64,000 nucleotides of DNA from a virus: the IMG/VR virus record IMGVR_UViG_3300020185_000022; one strand, given 5' to 3'. The notes beneath the pieces are model-generated. The model was not told the DNA's origin and searched no databases. It saw only the letters and a program-made list of their open reading frames with translations. Made by a program: the position numbers and the translations under genes. The number at the start of each line of letters is the position of its first letter. The stretch's first letter is position 1. Below are positions 19,455 through 27,639 of this stretch, piece by piece.

Positions 19455-19462
19455 CAAATATA
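19455..19462 (-). promoter_or_regulatory. Internal TAnnTTTG box
   Basis: The reverse complement reads TATATTTG in the 39-nt gap upstream of 19052..19423. A TTG lies 17 nt upstream of it. Confidence 0.4.
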
Positions 19463-19939
19463 CTACGACTTAACGACTTCAATCTTTGGTGTAGCAGCTT
19501 TAAGCGGTTTACCCATAGCTTTACGTAGCTCATCATCGGTAGCCTCGAAGCCTGCAGTCTTTCCTACTGGAAGTTTTACTTCTTTGTCGTCGAATTTGAC
19601 AGTAGTAGTGGTTTCAGTTTGCTCAACTACTTCAACGTTATCCCAAACATGATTGACCTTTACGATTTTATCAGCTTCATTATCTAGGTAGTAGTCTCCT
19701 ACTAGAAAGACAAATCGCTTTTGAAACTCTTTACGCCCATGGTCAATCTCCATATGAGTCTCAGGTGTCTTGTCATCTAGTAGCTTAACTAGCACAGTAC
19801 CAAGGCGTTGCAAGTCTGCATGGACTCTCTGTGCCTGCATACCAGAACCTCTGTCGATTTCTTCTGTGTATTTTTCTAGCTTAGCGATTCTTTCTTTGAG
19901 GTCTTGCTTAGTGTAATTTTTTGAATTTTTGTCTGCCAT
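19463..19939 (-). CDS. Hypothetical protein
   Basis: 158-aa ORF. Confidence 0.5.
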   Translation of the reverse strand: MADKNSKNYTKQDLKERIAKLEKYTEEIDRGSGMQAQRVHADLQRLGTVLVKLLDDKTPETHMEIDHGRKEFQKRFVFLVGDYYLDNEADKIVKVNHVWDNVEVVEQTETTTTVKFDDKEVKLPVGKTAGFEATDDELRKAMGKPLKAATPKIEVVKS

Positions 19940-19953
19940 TTTGTTATTGATTA

Positions 19954-20319
19954 TTATTGATTAAAAAATGTCGTACCTGTTTCTAAGTTAGTGGTTGCCC
20001 ATACTTTGCCTTCTGTGTTTGTGTATGTGACAATATTGTTATTACTATACGCTGCTATGCCCATGTTTTTAGTTGAAAGTATGTCTAGTACTTCTTTTAC
20101 TTCGTCTGCTAAAGATTCTGTTGAGTTAGCTTTTTTGAAAACCTTTTTGCTGTTTAGTAGATGCTGGTCAATATTTGTCTTTGTTAACTCCATAGGAGTC
20201 ATGTCCACTTTTACGTTAAAGCTAGCTAATCTAGTAGGGTCTGTTAATGTAAATCCTTGGTACTTAGATAGGTCTATCATATACCCTTCATAGCTTCCAT
20301 TGTACTCTATGTCTTTCAT
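19954..20319 (-). CDS. Hypothetical protein
   Basis: 121-aa ORF. Confidence 0.5.
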   Translation of the reverse strand: MKDIEYNGSYEGYMIDLSKYQGFTLTDPTRLASFNVKVDMTPMELTKTNIDQHLLNSKKVFKKANSTESLADEVKEVLDILSTKNMGIAAYSNNNIVTYTNTEGKVWATTNLETGTTFFNQ

Positions 20320-20555
20320 TATCTAGAAAATATAATGGACTTATCACCGAAGCTTACCTCAGCCATGTCGTTGTTCGTCTCATCAGGAGTAAGAACATTG
20401 TCAGGGTTTAGAGTTTTTAGGTAGGGGTAGAGTCTAGAGAATGCTACTCTTGGGTCCTCAGATTGAAGAACTACGTAGTTGATTTCTAATTCTTCCATTA
20501 AGTCCAGTAAGCCAAGTACTGCTTCTTTTGTGTTATTTGCTGTCATTGTTGCCAT
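20319..20555 (-). CDS. Hypothetical protein
   Basis: The track ORF is 20319..20621. I prefer the start at 20555 (MATMTANNTKE...) because the upstream 58-aa ORF ends at 20570. Confidence 0.45.
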   Translation of the reverse strand: MATMTANNTKEAVLGLLDLMEELEINYVVLQSEDPRVAFSRLYPYLKTLNPDNVLTPDETNNDMAEVSFGDKSIIFSR

Positions 20556-20569
20556 GGGACAAAGATATA

Positions 20570-20746
20570 CTAAAAATCTATATTGAGTACATTGCCTGAA
20601 TAGTCGTACATGATATAGCATGGCCGTATGTAGATACCGTCTTCTTCTTTTACTTCTACTGTTAGATAGTGGAAGAAACCTTCTTCGTCTTTGTCGACAA
20701 CGGGGAAGATCATAAAGAGTGGATTATGTGTTTTAAGAAAAGCCAT
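20570..20746 (-). CDS. Small hypothetical protein (58 aa)
   Basis: Below the track cutoff. My translation: MAFLKTHNPLFMIFPVVDKDEEGFFHYLTVEVKEEDGIYIRPCYIMYDYSGNVLNIDF. Confidence 0.4.
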   Translation of the reverse strand: MAFLKTHNPLFMIFPVVDKDEEGFFHYLTVEVKEEDGIYIRPCYIMYDYSGNVLNIDF

Positions 20747-20824
20747 GATATTTTTAAGTATTTAACCTATAGTTAAATAATAGTATTAACTATATTTCTT
20801 TGTGTTACTTTCTTTGTTCAGTGC

Positions 20825-21001
20825 TTAGCCGCTACAAGTCTCACATCCTTCAGGTGCATCAAGGTTGCACGCTACTATTCCTTTCTCTTCTTGTACAGCA
20901 TTAGCTGCTGCCATAAGCGCTTCTAGTCCTGATAGTTCTTCGTTGGTTTTGTCAGTCGAAGTGTTGATAGCTGCTTCGTCAGCCTCTTGTGTGATATTCA
21001 T
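20825..21001 (-). CDS. Small acidic hypothetical protein (58 aa), first gene of the minus-strand block
   Basis: My translation: MNITQEADEAAINTSTDKTNEELSGLEALMAAANAVQEEKGIVACNLDAPEGCETCSG. A TATATTTG box lies 22 nt upstream. Confidence 0.4.
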   Translation of the reverse strand: MNITQEADEAAINTSTDKTNEELSGLEALMAAANAVQEEKGIVACNLDAPEGCETCSG

Positions 21002-21023
21002 AGTTATAGTTTTGAGTGAACCT

Positions 21024-21031
21024 CAAATATA
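21024..21031 (-). promoter_or_regulatory. TAnnTTTG box for the minus-strand block (divergent partner of 21101-21108)
   Basis: The reverse complement reads TATATTTG, 22 nt upstream of the ATG at 21001. Confidence 0.45.
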
Positions 21032-21100
21032 CGAAGAAGCTATGAGTTAGTATGTTAATTACTGATGATGTTGCACACACCTTATAACTTTTCTTTTGTT

Positions 21101-21108
21101 TATCTTTG
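21101..21108 (+). promoter_or_regulatory. Bacteroidota-type -7 box (TAnnTTTG) for the plus-strand early block
   Basis: TATCTTTG ends 4 nt before the ATG at 21113, so the mRNA may be leaderless. No clear -33 TTTG was seen. Confidence 0.45.
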
Positions 21109-21112
21109 CTAA

Positions 21113-21541
21113 ATGAAAAAGAAGTGGTTGAACTATAACGACCTAATAGCCCAAGACTATTTCGAGAAGTATGGGCCTGACCTCTGGGCTGAGAAGTACT
21201 TAGAGTACATGTCACAGATTAGTAAGAGAAAAGAATTAGGAACTACTAGACTCAAGAATGGTTGGATTACTAATGAGCCAGTAGATGACTCAGACTTTGA
21301 GATGTCACTTCTCATGGGCAGAGAGTATATTCCTAAGGACTACAAGGGAGGAACTCAAAATCATCTTGGCGAATTGTACAAGGAGGAGCCTAAGAGAGGC
21401 CTAGGAGACATTGTAGAAGCCTTTCTTAGGATGACTGGTATCAAGTGGTTCTATCATAAATTCATCAAGTCAGAGGAAGACTGTGGCTGTGAGAAGAGAA
21501 AAAAGAAATTAAATAATTATGGCAAAGGAAACAACAGTTGA
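21113..21541 (+). CDS. Hypothetical early protein
   Basis: 142 aa. Its C-terminal pattern GLGDIVEAFLRMTGIKW...CGCEKRKKKLN is one I recall from small phage proteins of unknown function. Confidence 0.55.
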   Translation: MKKKWLNYNDLIAQDYFEKYGPDLWAEKYLEYMSQISKRKELGTTRLKNGWITNEPVDDSDFEMSLLMGREYIPKDYKGGTQNHLGELYKEEPKRGLGDIVEAFLRMTGIKWFYHKFIKSEEDCGCEKRKKKLNNYGKGNNS

Positions 21542-21776
21542 AGAGGTAGATGGTAAGACGATTCTTACTGCTGGACCAACAGAGCAAGAATTTATTAGAA
21601 CTCTTAGTGTTTGGGAAGAGACAGATGGTACTAGATATCACTATATGCCCAATGTGCTTAGGAGAATTAGCTCTGATAAGTATGAATTAGTAAGGTGGCA
21701 AGACCTACCTGGAGGAGTACCACAGTTTGTATTAGGACTACCTATGCCTGAAGGAATAGAATCAACAGATGAGTAG
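21519..21776 (+). CDS. Hypothetical protein
   Basis: 85-aa ORF with operon packing. Confidence 0.5.
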   Translation: MAKETTVEEVDGKTILTAGPTEQEFIRTLSVWEETDGTRYHYMPNVLRRISSDKYELVRWQDLPGGVPQFVLGLPMPEGIESTDE

Positions 21777-22098
21777 AGATATGGAACCTTTGACTAAAAT
21801 GATGAAGGTAGAGGTAACTCAGAAGTTGTTTAATTCTATTATGAACAGACGAATATTGTTTAACTCTAATAAGTTTTTCTCTGCAATGGAGCAAGAAGTA
21901 AGAGTTGGAGATGTAGTGATACTAGTCAATCCAAATGGAAGCTATGGAGAAGAAGGACATGTTAGTGCTGTCATGAATACTTCACAAGGAAAAGTTTTGT
22001 ATACTGTGATTCCTTTTCATGGAAATTCTCAATATACAGTAGACAGGGATAGTATTATGTCTAAAATAGAAACATATTATAGTAATGAAATTAAATAG
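21769..22098 (+). CDS. Hypothetical protein
   Basis: 109-aa ORF. Confidence 0.5.
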   Translation: MSRDMEPLTKMMKVEVTQKLFNSIMNRRILFNSNKFFSAMEQEVRVGDVVILVNPNGSYGEEGHVSAVMNTSQGKVLYTVIPFHGNSQYTVDRDSIMSKIETYYSNEIK

Positions 22099-22501
22099 AG
22101 AGAATATCAATAGTCTGCTCATGAACTTTAATGTTTATGCTTTTATAGTTCCTAACGATGTTGTTACTTTTTTCAAGGATTCTGAGCACAGGACCCATTT
22201 AAAATTTTCTATAGGACTAGTCAAAAAAGTCTTAGTAGACTACGATGTTCCTCATTTCAAATATCATATTGAAGATTTTGAGAAGGAAGCAGATGGTAAT
22301 TATCATATCAGAGAAGTATCTCAAGAGTTAATAGAGGGAAAGAGTTACGATAGTTTCTATACTCCTACTGGAGTTTCTTATTCTGTAAGTTCTGAAACAC
22401 ATAAGCACTTAGCTGCTTCTAGAGTACTAGCAGTCCTTACTAATGGTAATTTTTATAGGAATTGGGACTCTTCTAGTAAAGAGGCCTCTATACGCATTTA
22501 G
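22085..22501 (+). CDS. Hypothetical protein
   Basis: 138-aa ORF. Confidence 0.5.
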   Translation: MKLNRENINSLLMNFNVYAFIVPNDVVTFFKDSEHRTHLKFSIGLVKKVLVDYDVPHFKYHIEDFEKEADGNYHIREVSQELIEGKSYDSFYTPTGVSYSVSSETHKHLAASRVLAVLTNGNFYRNWDSSSKEASIRI

Positions 22502-22561
22502 ATATAAAAATATATTTTAGGGGGCTTTTATATGCAACCTCATATAAAGATCCTTAAAGTA

Positions 22562-22570
22562 CCCCCCCCC
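22562..22570. repeat. C9 homopolymer tract in an intergenic region
   Basis: gtaCCCCCCCCCtc, read directly. Confidence 0.9.
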
Positions 22571-22711
22571 TCTTCTAAAAATATTTTCTGAAAAAAATAT
22601 CCTGTGTAGGTCTAAGATGTTACTATCTCCTAGTAGCACCCCTATTGGCAAAAGGCGGATTCGGGTACCCACCGTCTTTCATTTCAATTAATCACTAAAT
22701 TCACCATTATC

Positions 22712-22996
22712 ATGAGTTCATTAGTAAAAAGGTCAGAGGCACCTGAAGTACCTCAAACAATTGAAGAATTTCTTGCAGAGCATGGAAATCCTACAAAAGA
22801 GCCACGAGAAGTAGGAAACTTACGCGTGGTTGATTGCGAGGATGGCACGCCATTAATCGCAATAAATGACAACGTCTATGACGCTGCTTGTGAGAACGAA
22901 GAACTATTCGTTGTTCGTTGGTCACCTAAGCGTGGCAAGCACTTCATCGTTGAGTTGAACAACAACTCTTTTGATGATGACCTTGCTAAGGTCTAA
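22712..22996 (+). CDS. Hypothetical protein
   Basis: 94-aa ORF followed by a clean intrinsic terminator. Confidence 0.55.
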   Translation: MSSLVKRSEAPEVPQTIEEFLAEHGNPTKEPREVGNLRVVDCEDGTPLIAINDNVYDAACENEELFVVRWSPKRGKHFIVELNNNSFDDDLAKV

Positions 22997-23002
22997 GAAC
23001 TT

Positions 23003-23030
23003 GAGCCCTACGGGGCTCATTTCTTTTTTC
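23003..23030 (+). terminator. Intrinsic terminator
   Basis: GAGCCC-tacg-GGGCTC followed by ATTTCTTTTTT. Confidence 0.75.
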
Positions 23031-23516
23031 TCTAAGATGTATAACATCTATCTTGTATAACATATAACCCTGTAAAACTTCCACACCATGGATAGAACTG
23101 AAATATCTTTGTACTTGTCATGCAAGTCAAACAAGACGAAAGTCAACAAAAGAATTACGAATGATGGCACTGTAAAGGCTGCATTCAACAGAGGACAAGA
23201 CTATGCTGAGTCTATCCTTGTAGGTAAGAGTTATCAGCATAAGAATATGAGCAGAGTCAGCCTATGTGAACAACCTAGTTGCAGCTAGGTATTCATTAGG
23301 GTAAACGCACAAATGATTCAATGTGTGAGACTACTAAGACCTACAACAAGCCTGCAAAGCTTGGGAGCTGATCACTCTAAGAAAAGTACTTCGTAGATGG
23401 GAATCCCTATGTATGCTCTGTGTTGTATGATTGGTCACATAAGAAATGCTGAAGAGCTAGAGCTGTCGCTCAAATACTAATTCCTCATAAGCCTACAATG
23501 AGGTAAGAAATAAAAA

Positions 23517-23632
23517 ATAACAAGCTGTATAGTGTGGCTAATCACTTATGCACATAGTGGTAAGATGAATACTAGTCTAATCTGAAGCTTTTCCTGTATA
23601 ACTTGCTCTAAGTGCATTGTATGGCTTGTTAT
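23517..23632 (+). ncRNA. Hairpin module B1 (AGCUG/GGCU family)
   Basis: The closing helix 23517-23536/23613-23632 is 20 bp, 6 of them G:U. The core is AAGCUGUAU opposite GUAUGGCUU. Confidence 0.45.
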
Positions 23633-23717
23633 ATACTTAGTAGAGCTGTCATGACTGATGAATCAAAAGACATGTTAGCAGTAAGTCTCTGCCGTTATGA
23701 TGGTTCTACTAAGTATA
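23632..23717 (+). ncRNA. Hairpin module B2 (AGCUG/GGUU variant): 24-bp helix
   Basis: TATACTTAGTAGAGCTGTCATGAC (23632-23655) pairs with GTTATGATGGTTCTACTAAGTATA (23694-23717). There are 20 Watson-Crick and 4 G:U pairs, uninterrupted, with a 38-nt loop. Confidence 0.55.
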
Positions 23718-23722
23718 ATACA

Positions 23723-23825
23723 GAGCTGTTGAGTAGAAGAACAAAGTAGCAGTAGTGACTGCGATCCCACCAAATTAAGCACATAATGCCTAGTTACGGT
23801 TACTCTAGGGGCTATTCAACGGCTC
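23723..23825 (+). ncRNA. Hairpin module B3 (AGCUG/GGCU family)
   Basis: GAGCTGTTGAGTAG (23723-23736) pairs with CTATTCAACGGCTC (23812-23825), 14 bp including 2 G:U. Inner hairpins are GCAGT/ACTGC and CCTAG/CTAGG. Confidence 0.5.
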
Positions 23826-23843
23826 AATGATACATTTTCAGGG

Positions 23844-23930
23844 GGAAGAAGAGGGGAGTACAACAACACAACAGTTTAGAATAACTGTAAGCGCATTTGT
23901 TGTTCGATACGAACCTCTTCTTTTATTCTG
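23844..23930 (+). terminator. Long composite hairpin ending island B (terminator-like)
   Basis: Three nested helices: 23844-23854/23914-23924 (11 bp including 2 G:U), 23862-23868/23898-23904 and 23871-23876/23883-23888. The 3' side runs into TTTTATT. Confidence 0.45.
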
Positions 23931-24050
23931 ACATTTCAGCACACTCTAAATATACCTCTATTCTCATTTTAAATAGCTTTAGCGCTTAGATCTCTTGGTT
24001 TTGATACCTACATACTAGCGAGCTATTATAACCTCTTAAATCACCTGAAA

Positions 24051-24278
24051 ATGAATACAACTGAAAAACTAGATACTGGAGACATTGAGATACTATTTAC
24101 TCATCTCTATCGCATCATTGAGAACAATAATAGTGATGTTCCTACTAAAGAACTAGTAGATTCATATCTTGCTGATGAGAAACACACAATCAAGTCATTT
24201 CTTGACCTTGTGAAAACAGATCATCCTGAATTCTTAGACTCTGACAGTTATACTATCAGAGCTCTATATAGACTATAA
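24051..24278 (+). CDS. Hypothetical protein
   Basis: 75-aa ORF preceded by a TTAAATCACC junction motif. Confidence 0.5.
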   Translation: MNTTEKLDTGDIEILFTHLYRIIENNNSDVPTKELVDSYLADEKHTIKSFLDLVKTDHPEFLDSDSYTIRALYRL

Positions 24279-24374
24279 CTTATTTACAACTAGATGCATG
24301 TTGTAAGCTCACCAACCTGTATACACAGGACAGAGCTTACCGTGCGCTTATTGTAAGTATTAAATCACATCATC

Positions 24375-24524
24375 ATGAGAGAACTTGTAATTAAAGGCTT
24401 AACTAAACTTGTTATCTACTTCCTGATGTTAATTGTTGCTAGCTTAATGACTATTGTCTTTCTATTCTTTGCTTTTTCTTCAGCAATTGTAGTTATGCAT
24501 ATGCTCATAGCTGCGTTCTCTTAA
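24375..24524 (+). CDS. Small membrane protein (49 aa)
   Basis: Below the track cutoff. My translation: MRELVIKGLTKLVIYFLMLIVASLMTIVFLFFAFSSAIVVMHMLIAAFS. It is preceded by TTAAATCAC. Confidence 0.45.
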   Translation: MRELVIKGLTKLVIYFLMLIVASLMTIVFLFFAFSSAIVVMHMLIAAFS

Positions 24525-24546
24525 ATCACCCCTTAAATCAATCACC

Positions 24547-24831
24547 ATGAAACTATTCATTTTATTTATAATCTTACTCCTAAGCACAGCTTGTGAGAAA
24601 GAACAATACATCTATCGCATTTATTACACTCAGACATGTATTGAGTGGAGTGATGGTAGTACAGAGAAATCATCTCATAGTAGATGGCCTTTAGACCATG
24701 TTGCTACTGAACTAGAAAAAGAATTCATGATTCAAATGTACCTTAACAGTGTTACAGAGAACAGTGACTTTGATAAATCATGTTACAAAGACATGTATGT
24801 AGAACTATGCACTGAATGTACACAGTATTAA
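24547..24831 (+). CDS. Probable lipoprotein
   Basis: Signal peptide plus Cys, MKLFILFIILLLSTAC, followed by EKEQ. Confidence 0.55.
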   Translation: MKLFILFIILLLSTACEKEQYIYRIYYTQTCIEWSDGSTEKSSHSRWPLDHVATELEKEFMIQMYLNSVTENSDFDKSCYKDMYVELCTECTQY

Positions 24832-24896
24832 ATCATATAAGACAAGGAGTGTAAACAGCGCTCCTATGTCTTGCTTTTCTTTAACATCACATAGTT

Positions 24897-25190
24897 ATGG
24901 CATATAAACTACCTGTAGATTACAACTCATTAGATTGGCGTAAAGGTGAAAAGCGTGCTGTTAGAGAGCAGTATGTTAAAGAACAAGACGGTAAATGTAT
25001 GTATTGTGGTACACCATTAAATAGTGGACCACCTCATGCAATTACTGACAAAAACATTAATTGGGACTTATTCCCACCAAATTTCCTAAAACATCCTGTG
25101 CATCTACAACATGACCATGAAACTGGTATGACTGAAGGTGCTGTACATGCTTACTGTAATGCAGTATTATGGCAGTATGAAGGAAGATAA
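24897..25190 (+). CDS. Endonuclease VII-type (His-Me finger) nuclease
   Basis: 97 aa with CMYCGTPL ... LQHDHETGMTEGAVHAYCNAVLW, matching the EndoVII pattern C..C ... DHDH.tG..rG..C..CN. Confidence 0.65.
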   Translation: MAYKLPVDYNSLDWRKGEKRAVREQYVKEQDGKCMYCGTPLNSGPPHAITDKNINWDLFPPNFLKHPVHLQHDHETGMTEGAVHAYCNAVLWQYEGR

Positions 25191-25201
25191 ATCACGTTGT
25201 T

Positions 25202-25456
25202 ATGAAGACAATTAACAAATCTTATCTTCGAACATTCATTGCAGTGCTTATTATTCTAGTTGTTGGACATGTTCTAACATCTTGTGATACAATGCCTACT
25301 TCTTTCACAGTAAAAGACATGGAGACTACGAAACCTACTCTCCCAGTTCCTACTTGTAAGGTGACTTTGCATAGTAATTATGGAGACTCTTATTATATTA
25401 TTTGTCCCTGTGATTCAGTGAATGTTGGGGATACATACATAGTTTTAAAACAATAA
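25202..25456 (+). CDS. Probable lipoprotein
   Basis: Signal peptide with an LTSC lipobox (…VVGHVLTSCDT). Confidence 0.55.
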   Translation: MKTINKSYLRTFIAVLIILVVGHVLTSCDTMPTSFTVKDMETTKPTLPVPTCKVTLHSNYGDSYYIICPCDSVNVGDTYIVLKQ

Positions 25457-25476
25457 TAATCATTAAATCAAATACC

Positions 25477-25845
25477 ATGAAGTATCTTAAAACGCTTTGG
25501 CCAGCATTTATAGCCTTAATTCTTATTGCTTGTGCTACAATTGCTCTTAGTAGTTGTACCAAAAATGATGATGACATCGAAAAAGTTGTAAGTAATACAA
25601 TTGCACAAACCCAAGCTACATGCTGGGAGTGTGAATTTGGAGCAACTTACATGCTTTGGGAAGTAAATTCTCAAGGTGATACTGTAGCTAGTATGTGGAG
25701 AGTTACAGTCCAAGACTCTGTGATGTATAATCCAGACATTGATAGTAATTATTACTATAGTAGTAGTACTGTTGCGATTCCAGTAGTAGTTGATTCATTG
25801 TATCATGATGACTTGTACATTAGAAATTGTACTAAAACTCCATAG
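25477..25845 (+). CDS. Probable lipoprotein, possibly surface-exported
   Basis: Signal peptide with an LSSC lipobox followed by TKNDDDIE. The acidic run after the Cys resembles the Bacteroidota lipoprotein export signal. Confidence 0.55.
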   Translation: MKYLKTLWPAFIALILIACATIALSSCTKNDDDIEKVVSNTIAQTQATCWECEFGATYMLWEVNSQGDTVASMWRVTVQDSVMYNPDIDSNYYYSSSTVAIPVVVDSLYHDDLYIRNCTKTP

Positions 25846-25847
25846 TT

Positions 25848-26099
25848 ATGATGAAAAACAACAACAACATAAGAGAGTATCTCAAAGCATTTGGGATACC
25901 TCTCTTAGTTTTAGTACTGCTATCATTAGCAGGTAACTGGCTACACTATCATATAGTTATTACTGTTTTGTATTTTGTTCTAGCTTGTGTTTATGGCGGA
26001 ACTTTAATTTTTGCAGCAAGAAAACTTAATTCTTTTTTACCTGTACTTATCATAGGTATTCTATTGCAAGCTGCTTGTTTACTTTTAGTTTTTACATAA
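25848..26099 (+). CDS. Small integral membrane protein
   Basis: 83 aa, about three hydrophobic helices. Confidence 0.5.
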   Translation: MMKNNNNIREYLKAFGIPLLVLVLLSLAGNWLHYHIVITVLYFVLACVYGGTLIFAARKLNSFLPVLIIGILLQAACLLLVFT

Positions 26100-26111
26100 T
26101 ACCAATAACTC

Positions 26112-26408
26112 ATGACAAAGAAAAAACAAAATCTATGTGTTAGCTGTAAACACTGGCACAGCGGACAAAAAGACATAAATTATCATGAAGATATCGGTAT
26201 TTGTGTAAATCCTGATATGGCATTTAATATTACAGATGGAAGAAAAGCTGGAATATTAGATCAAAAAAATCTTAAAAATAGAACACATGTCACAGGCAAT
26301 TGTGCTCATGATTTTGAACACAAAAAGAGTGCTGTCGTACCTTCTAGATATTCACTTGTTACAAATGAGTTATTTGGGTGTATACTTCATATAAAACGTA
26401 ATGAGTAG
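26112..26408 (+). CDS. Cys-containing hypothetical protein (possible Zn-binding)
   Basis: 98 aa with CVSCKHWH ... GICVNP ... GNCAHD. Confidence 0.45.
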   Translation: MTKKKQNLCVSCKHWHSGQKDINYHEDIGICVNPDMAFNITDGRKAGILDQKNLKNRTHVTGNCAHDFEHKKSAVVPSRYSLVTNELFGCILHIKRNE

Positions 26409-26751
26409 TCTAAGCAAAAAAGAATTTTATGAGATTATGAATTATAATTTATTAACTCATAAAACTCTAAATAATGTTAGAGGAGAAAGACTTCCTTATA
26501 ACATAACGCAAGAGGACACTTATTGGGAATACTACATCAAAGATTTAGAGGTAGACGATATACTCTATATTCCTTCCCATAAAGGAAAAAAAATAAAGGC
26601 TTTATGGGGAATAAGTTCATTTGAAAAGATTGGAGATATGAGGATAATTAAGTTCAATAGGCTGGAGCCAACTTCAACAAGCACGTTTAGAACTAATGAG
26701 TTCATAACCTTTCCAATGGACAGTAGAACTTACTTTAGAATACTAAGATAA
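26401..26751 (+). CDS. Hypothetical protein
   Basis: 116-aa ORF, the last gene before ORF-free island C. Confidence 0.5.
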   Translation: MSSLSKKEFYEIMNYNLLTHKTLNNVRGERLPYNITQEDTYWEYYIKDLEVDDILYIPSHKGKKIKALWGISSFEKIGDMRIIKFNRLEPTSTSTFRTNEFITFPMDSRTYFRILR

Positions 26752-26857
26752 TTAAGCTGTATGTGTTTCTAATTACTCAGCATCGACCGATATCTATCGG
26801 TTGTACTATAGTAGTTAGTGAATAGATCAAAATCAAAACTGAAACCATACGGCTTAA
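26752..26857 (+). ncRNA. Hairpin module C1 (AGCUG/GGCU family)
   Basis: TTAAGCTGTATG (26752-26763) pairs with CATACGGCTTAA (26846-26857), 12 bp with 1 U:G. Its 5' flank aligns with that of B1. An inner hairpin is ACCGATA-tct-TATCGGT. Confidence 0.5.
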
Positions 26858-27406
26858 GAAGCCCTGATAAATACACGAGACCACTTGTGTATAAATAGGC
26901 AGATACCTGTGGTCAGGTATTGGGATGAACTTGGAATTTAAATTCAGGGTCCCGCAGGATAGAAGAGCAAGTGAGCTATCTCTTTAATATACCTGTGAAG
27001 AAAAAAACATAATTAGCAATCTGTAAATATATGATGTCTATAGAAGCGCGGTGTTGGCTACACCCTCAAGGGTAACTTAAATTACTGGTATTAAGCTATA
27101 TCAATGACTAATTATTATAACTCTCATCCAATTGCTGGTCTGCACCACTCTAAAATTGGGTTCTTCAAAACCAAAGCACTATAAACTTGGAATGTTGCAA
27201 CATATCTCCTCGCGTTTGGGCAGTACAATAGTCATCAAGGATCGCAACCTTGTGAGAGTTAACTTACTTAAGAACATAAGACAGTGCAGTGAGGAATGCT
27301 GAAAAGGCGGGGAAAACTAGTAACTAGAGAACCGTAATCCTATAACCTGATAAATGTTCTTAACTTATTCAAGGTGAGTACTCAAGCCTTTATGGTGGAG
27401 TACACT

Positions 27407-27639
27407 AAACTACCTAGCTGATAACAAACAGCAATGAGTCTTGAGAATAGACTGAACCCCGATGGGCGGATTGGGAATAAACAAAATGAGGTCCATTGAA
27501 TATGTTTATCAGTGTAACCACTACCAAGAGTGGTGATGTTTGTTTGATGAGTTAGTATATTAAGATGTGGACTCCCATTGGGGGAGAAGCTAGTCTTAAT
27601 GAAATCTTCCACAACACTTGGAAGTGGGCTAGGTAGTTT
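27407..27639 (+). ncRNA. Domain C2 closed by an AGCU/GGCU helix
   Basis: AAACTACCTAGCT (27407-27419) pairs with GGCTAGGTAGTTT (27627-27639), 13 bp with 1 U:G, spanning about 230 nt. TT follows. Confidence 0.45.

Larger units (their letters stand above)
23289..23930 (+). ncRNA. ORF-free island B: candidate structured RNA locus (unclassified)
   Basis: No ORF of 60 aa or more in any frame. It contains three adjacent long hairpin modules (B1-B3) and a terminal composite hairpin. The wobble pairs work only on the plus strand. Confidence 0.5.

Noticed and set aside
20865-21215. Track ORFs 20865..21050 (+, TTG start) and 20979..21215 (-) in the divergent promoter region.
   Set aside because: The first is antisense to a better 58-aa minus-strand ORF (20825..21001). 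The second runs across both promoter boxes and the start of 21113..21541.
23088-23288. 66-aa plus-strand ORF at the start of island B.
   Set aside because: It has no junction motif or promoter box upstream, and its composition is unremarkable. I kept it as doubtful rather than annotating it. It could still be a real small gene.
27382-27612. 76-aa minus-strand ORF inside island C.
   Set aside because: It runs against the transcription direction of the whole 37-kb block. It overlaps helices whose wobble pairs only work on the plus strand.
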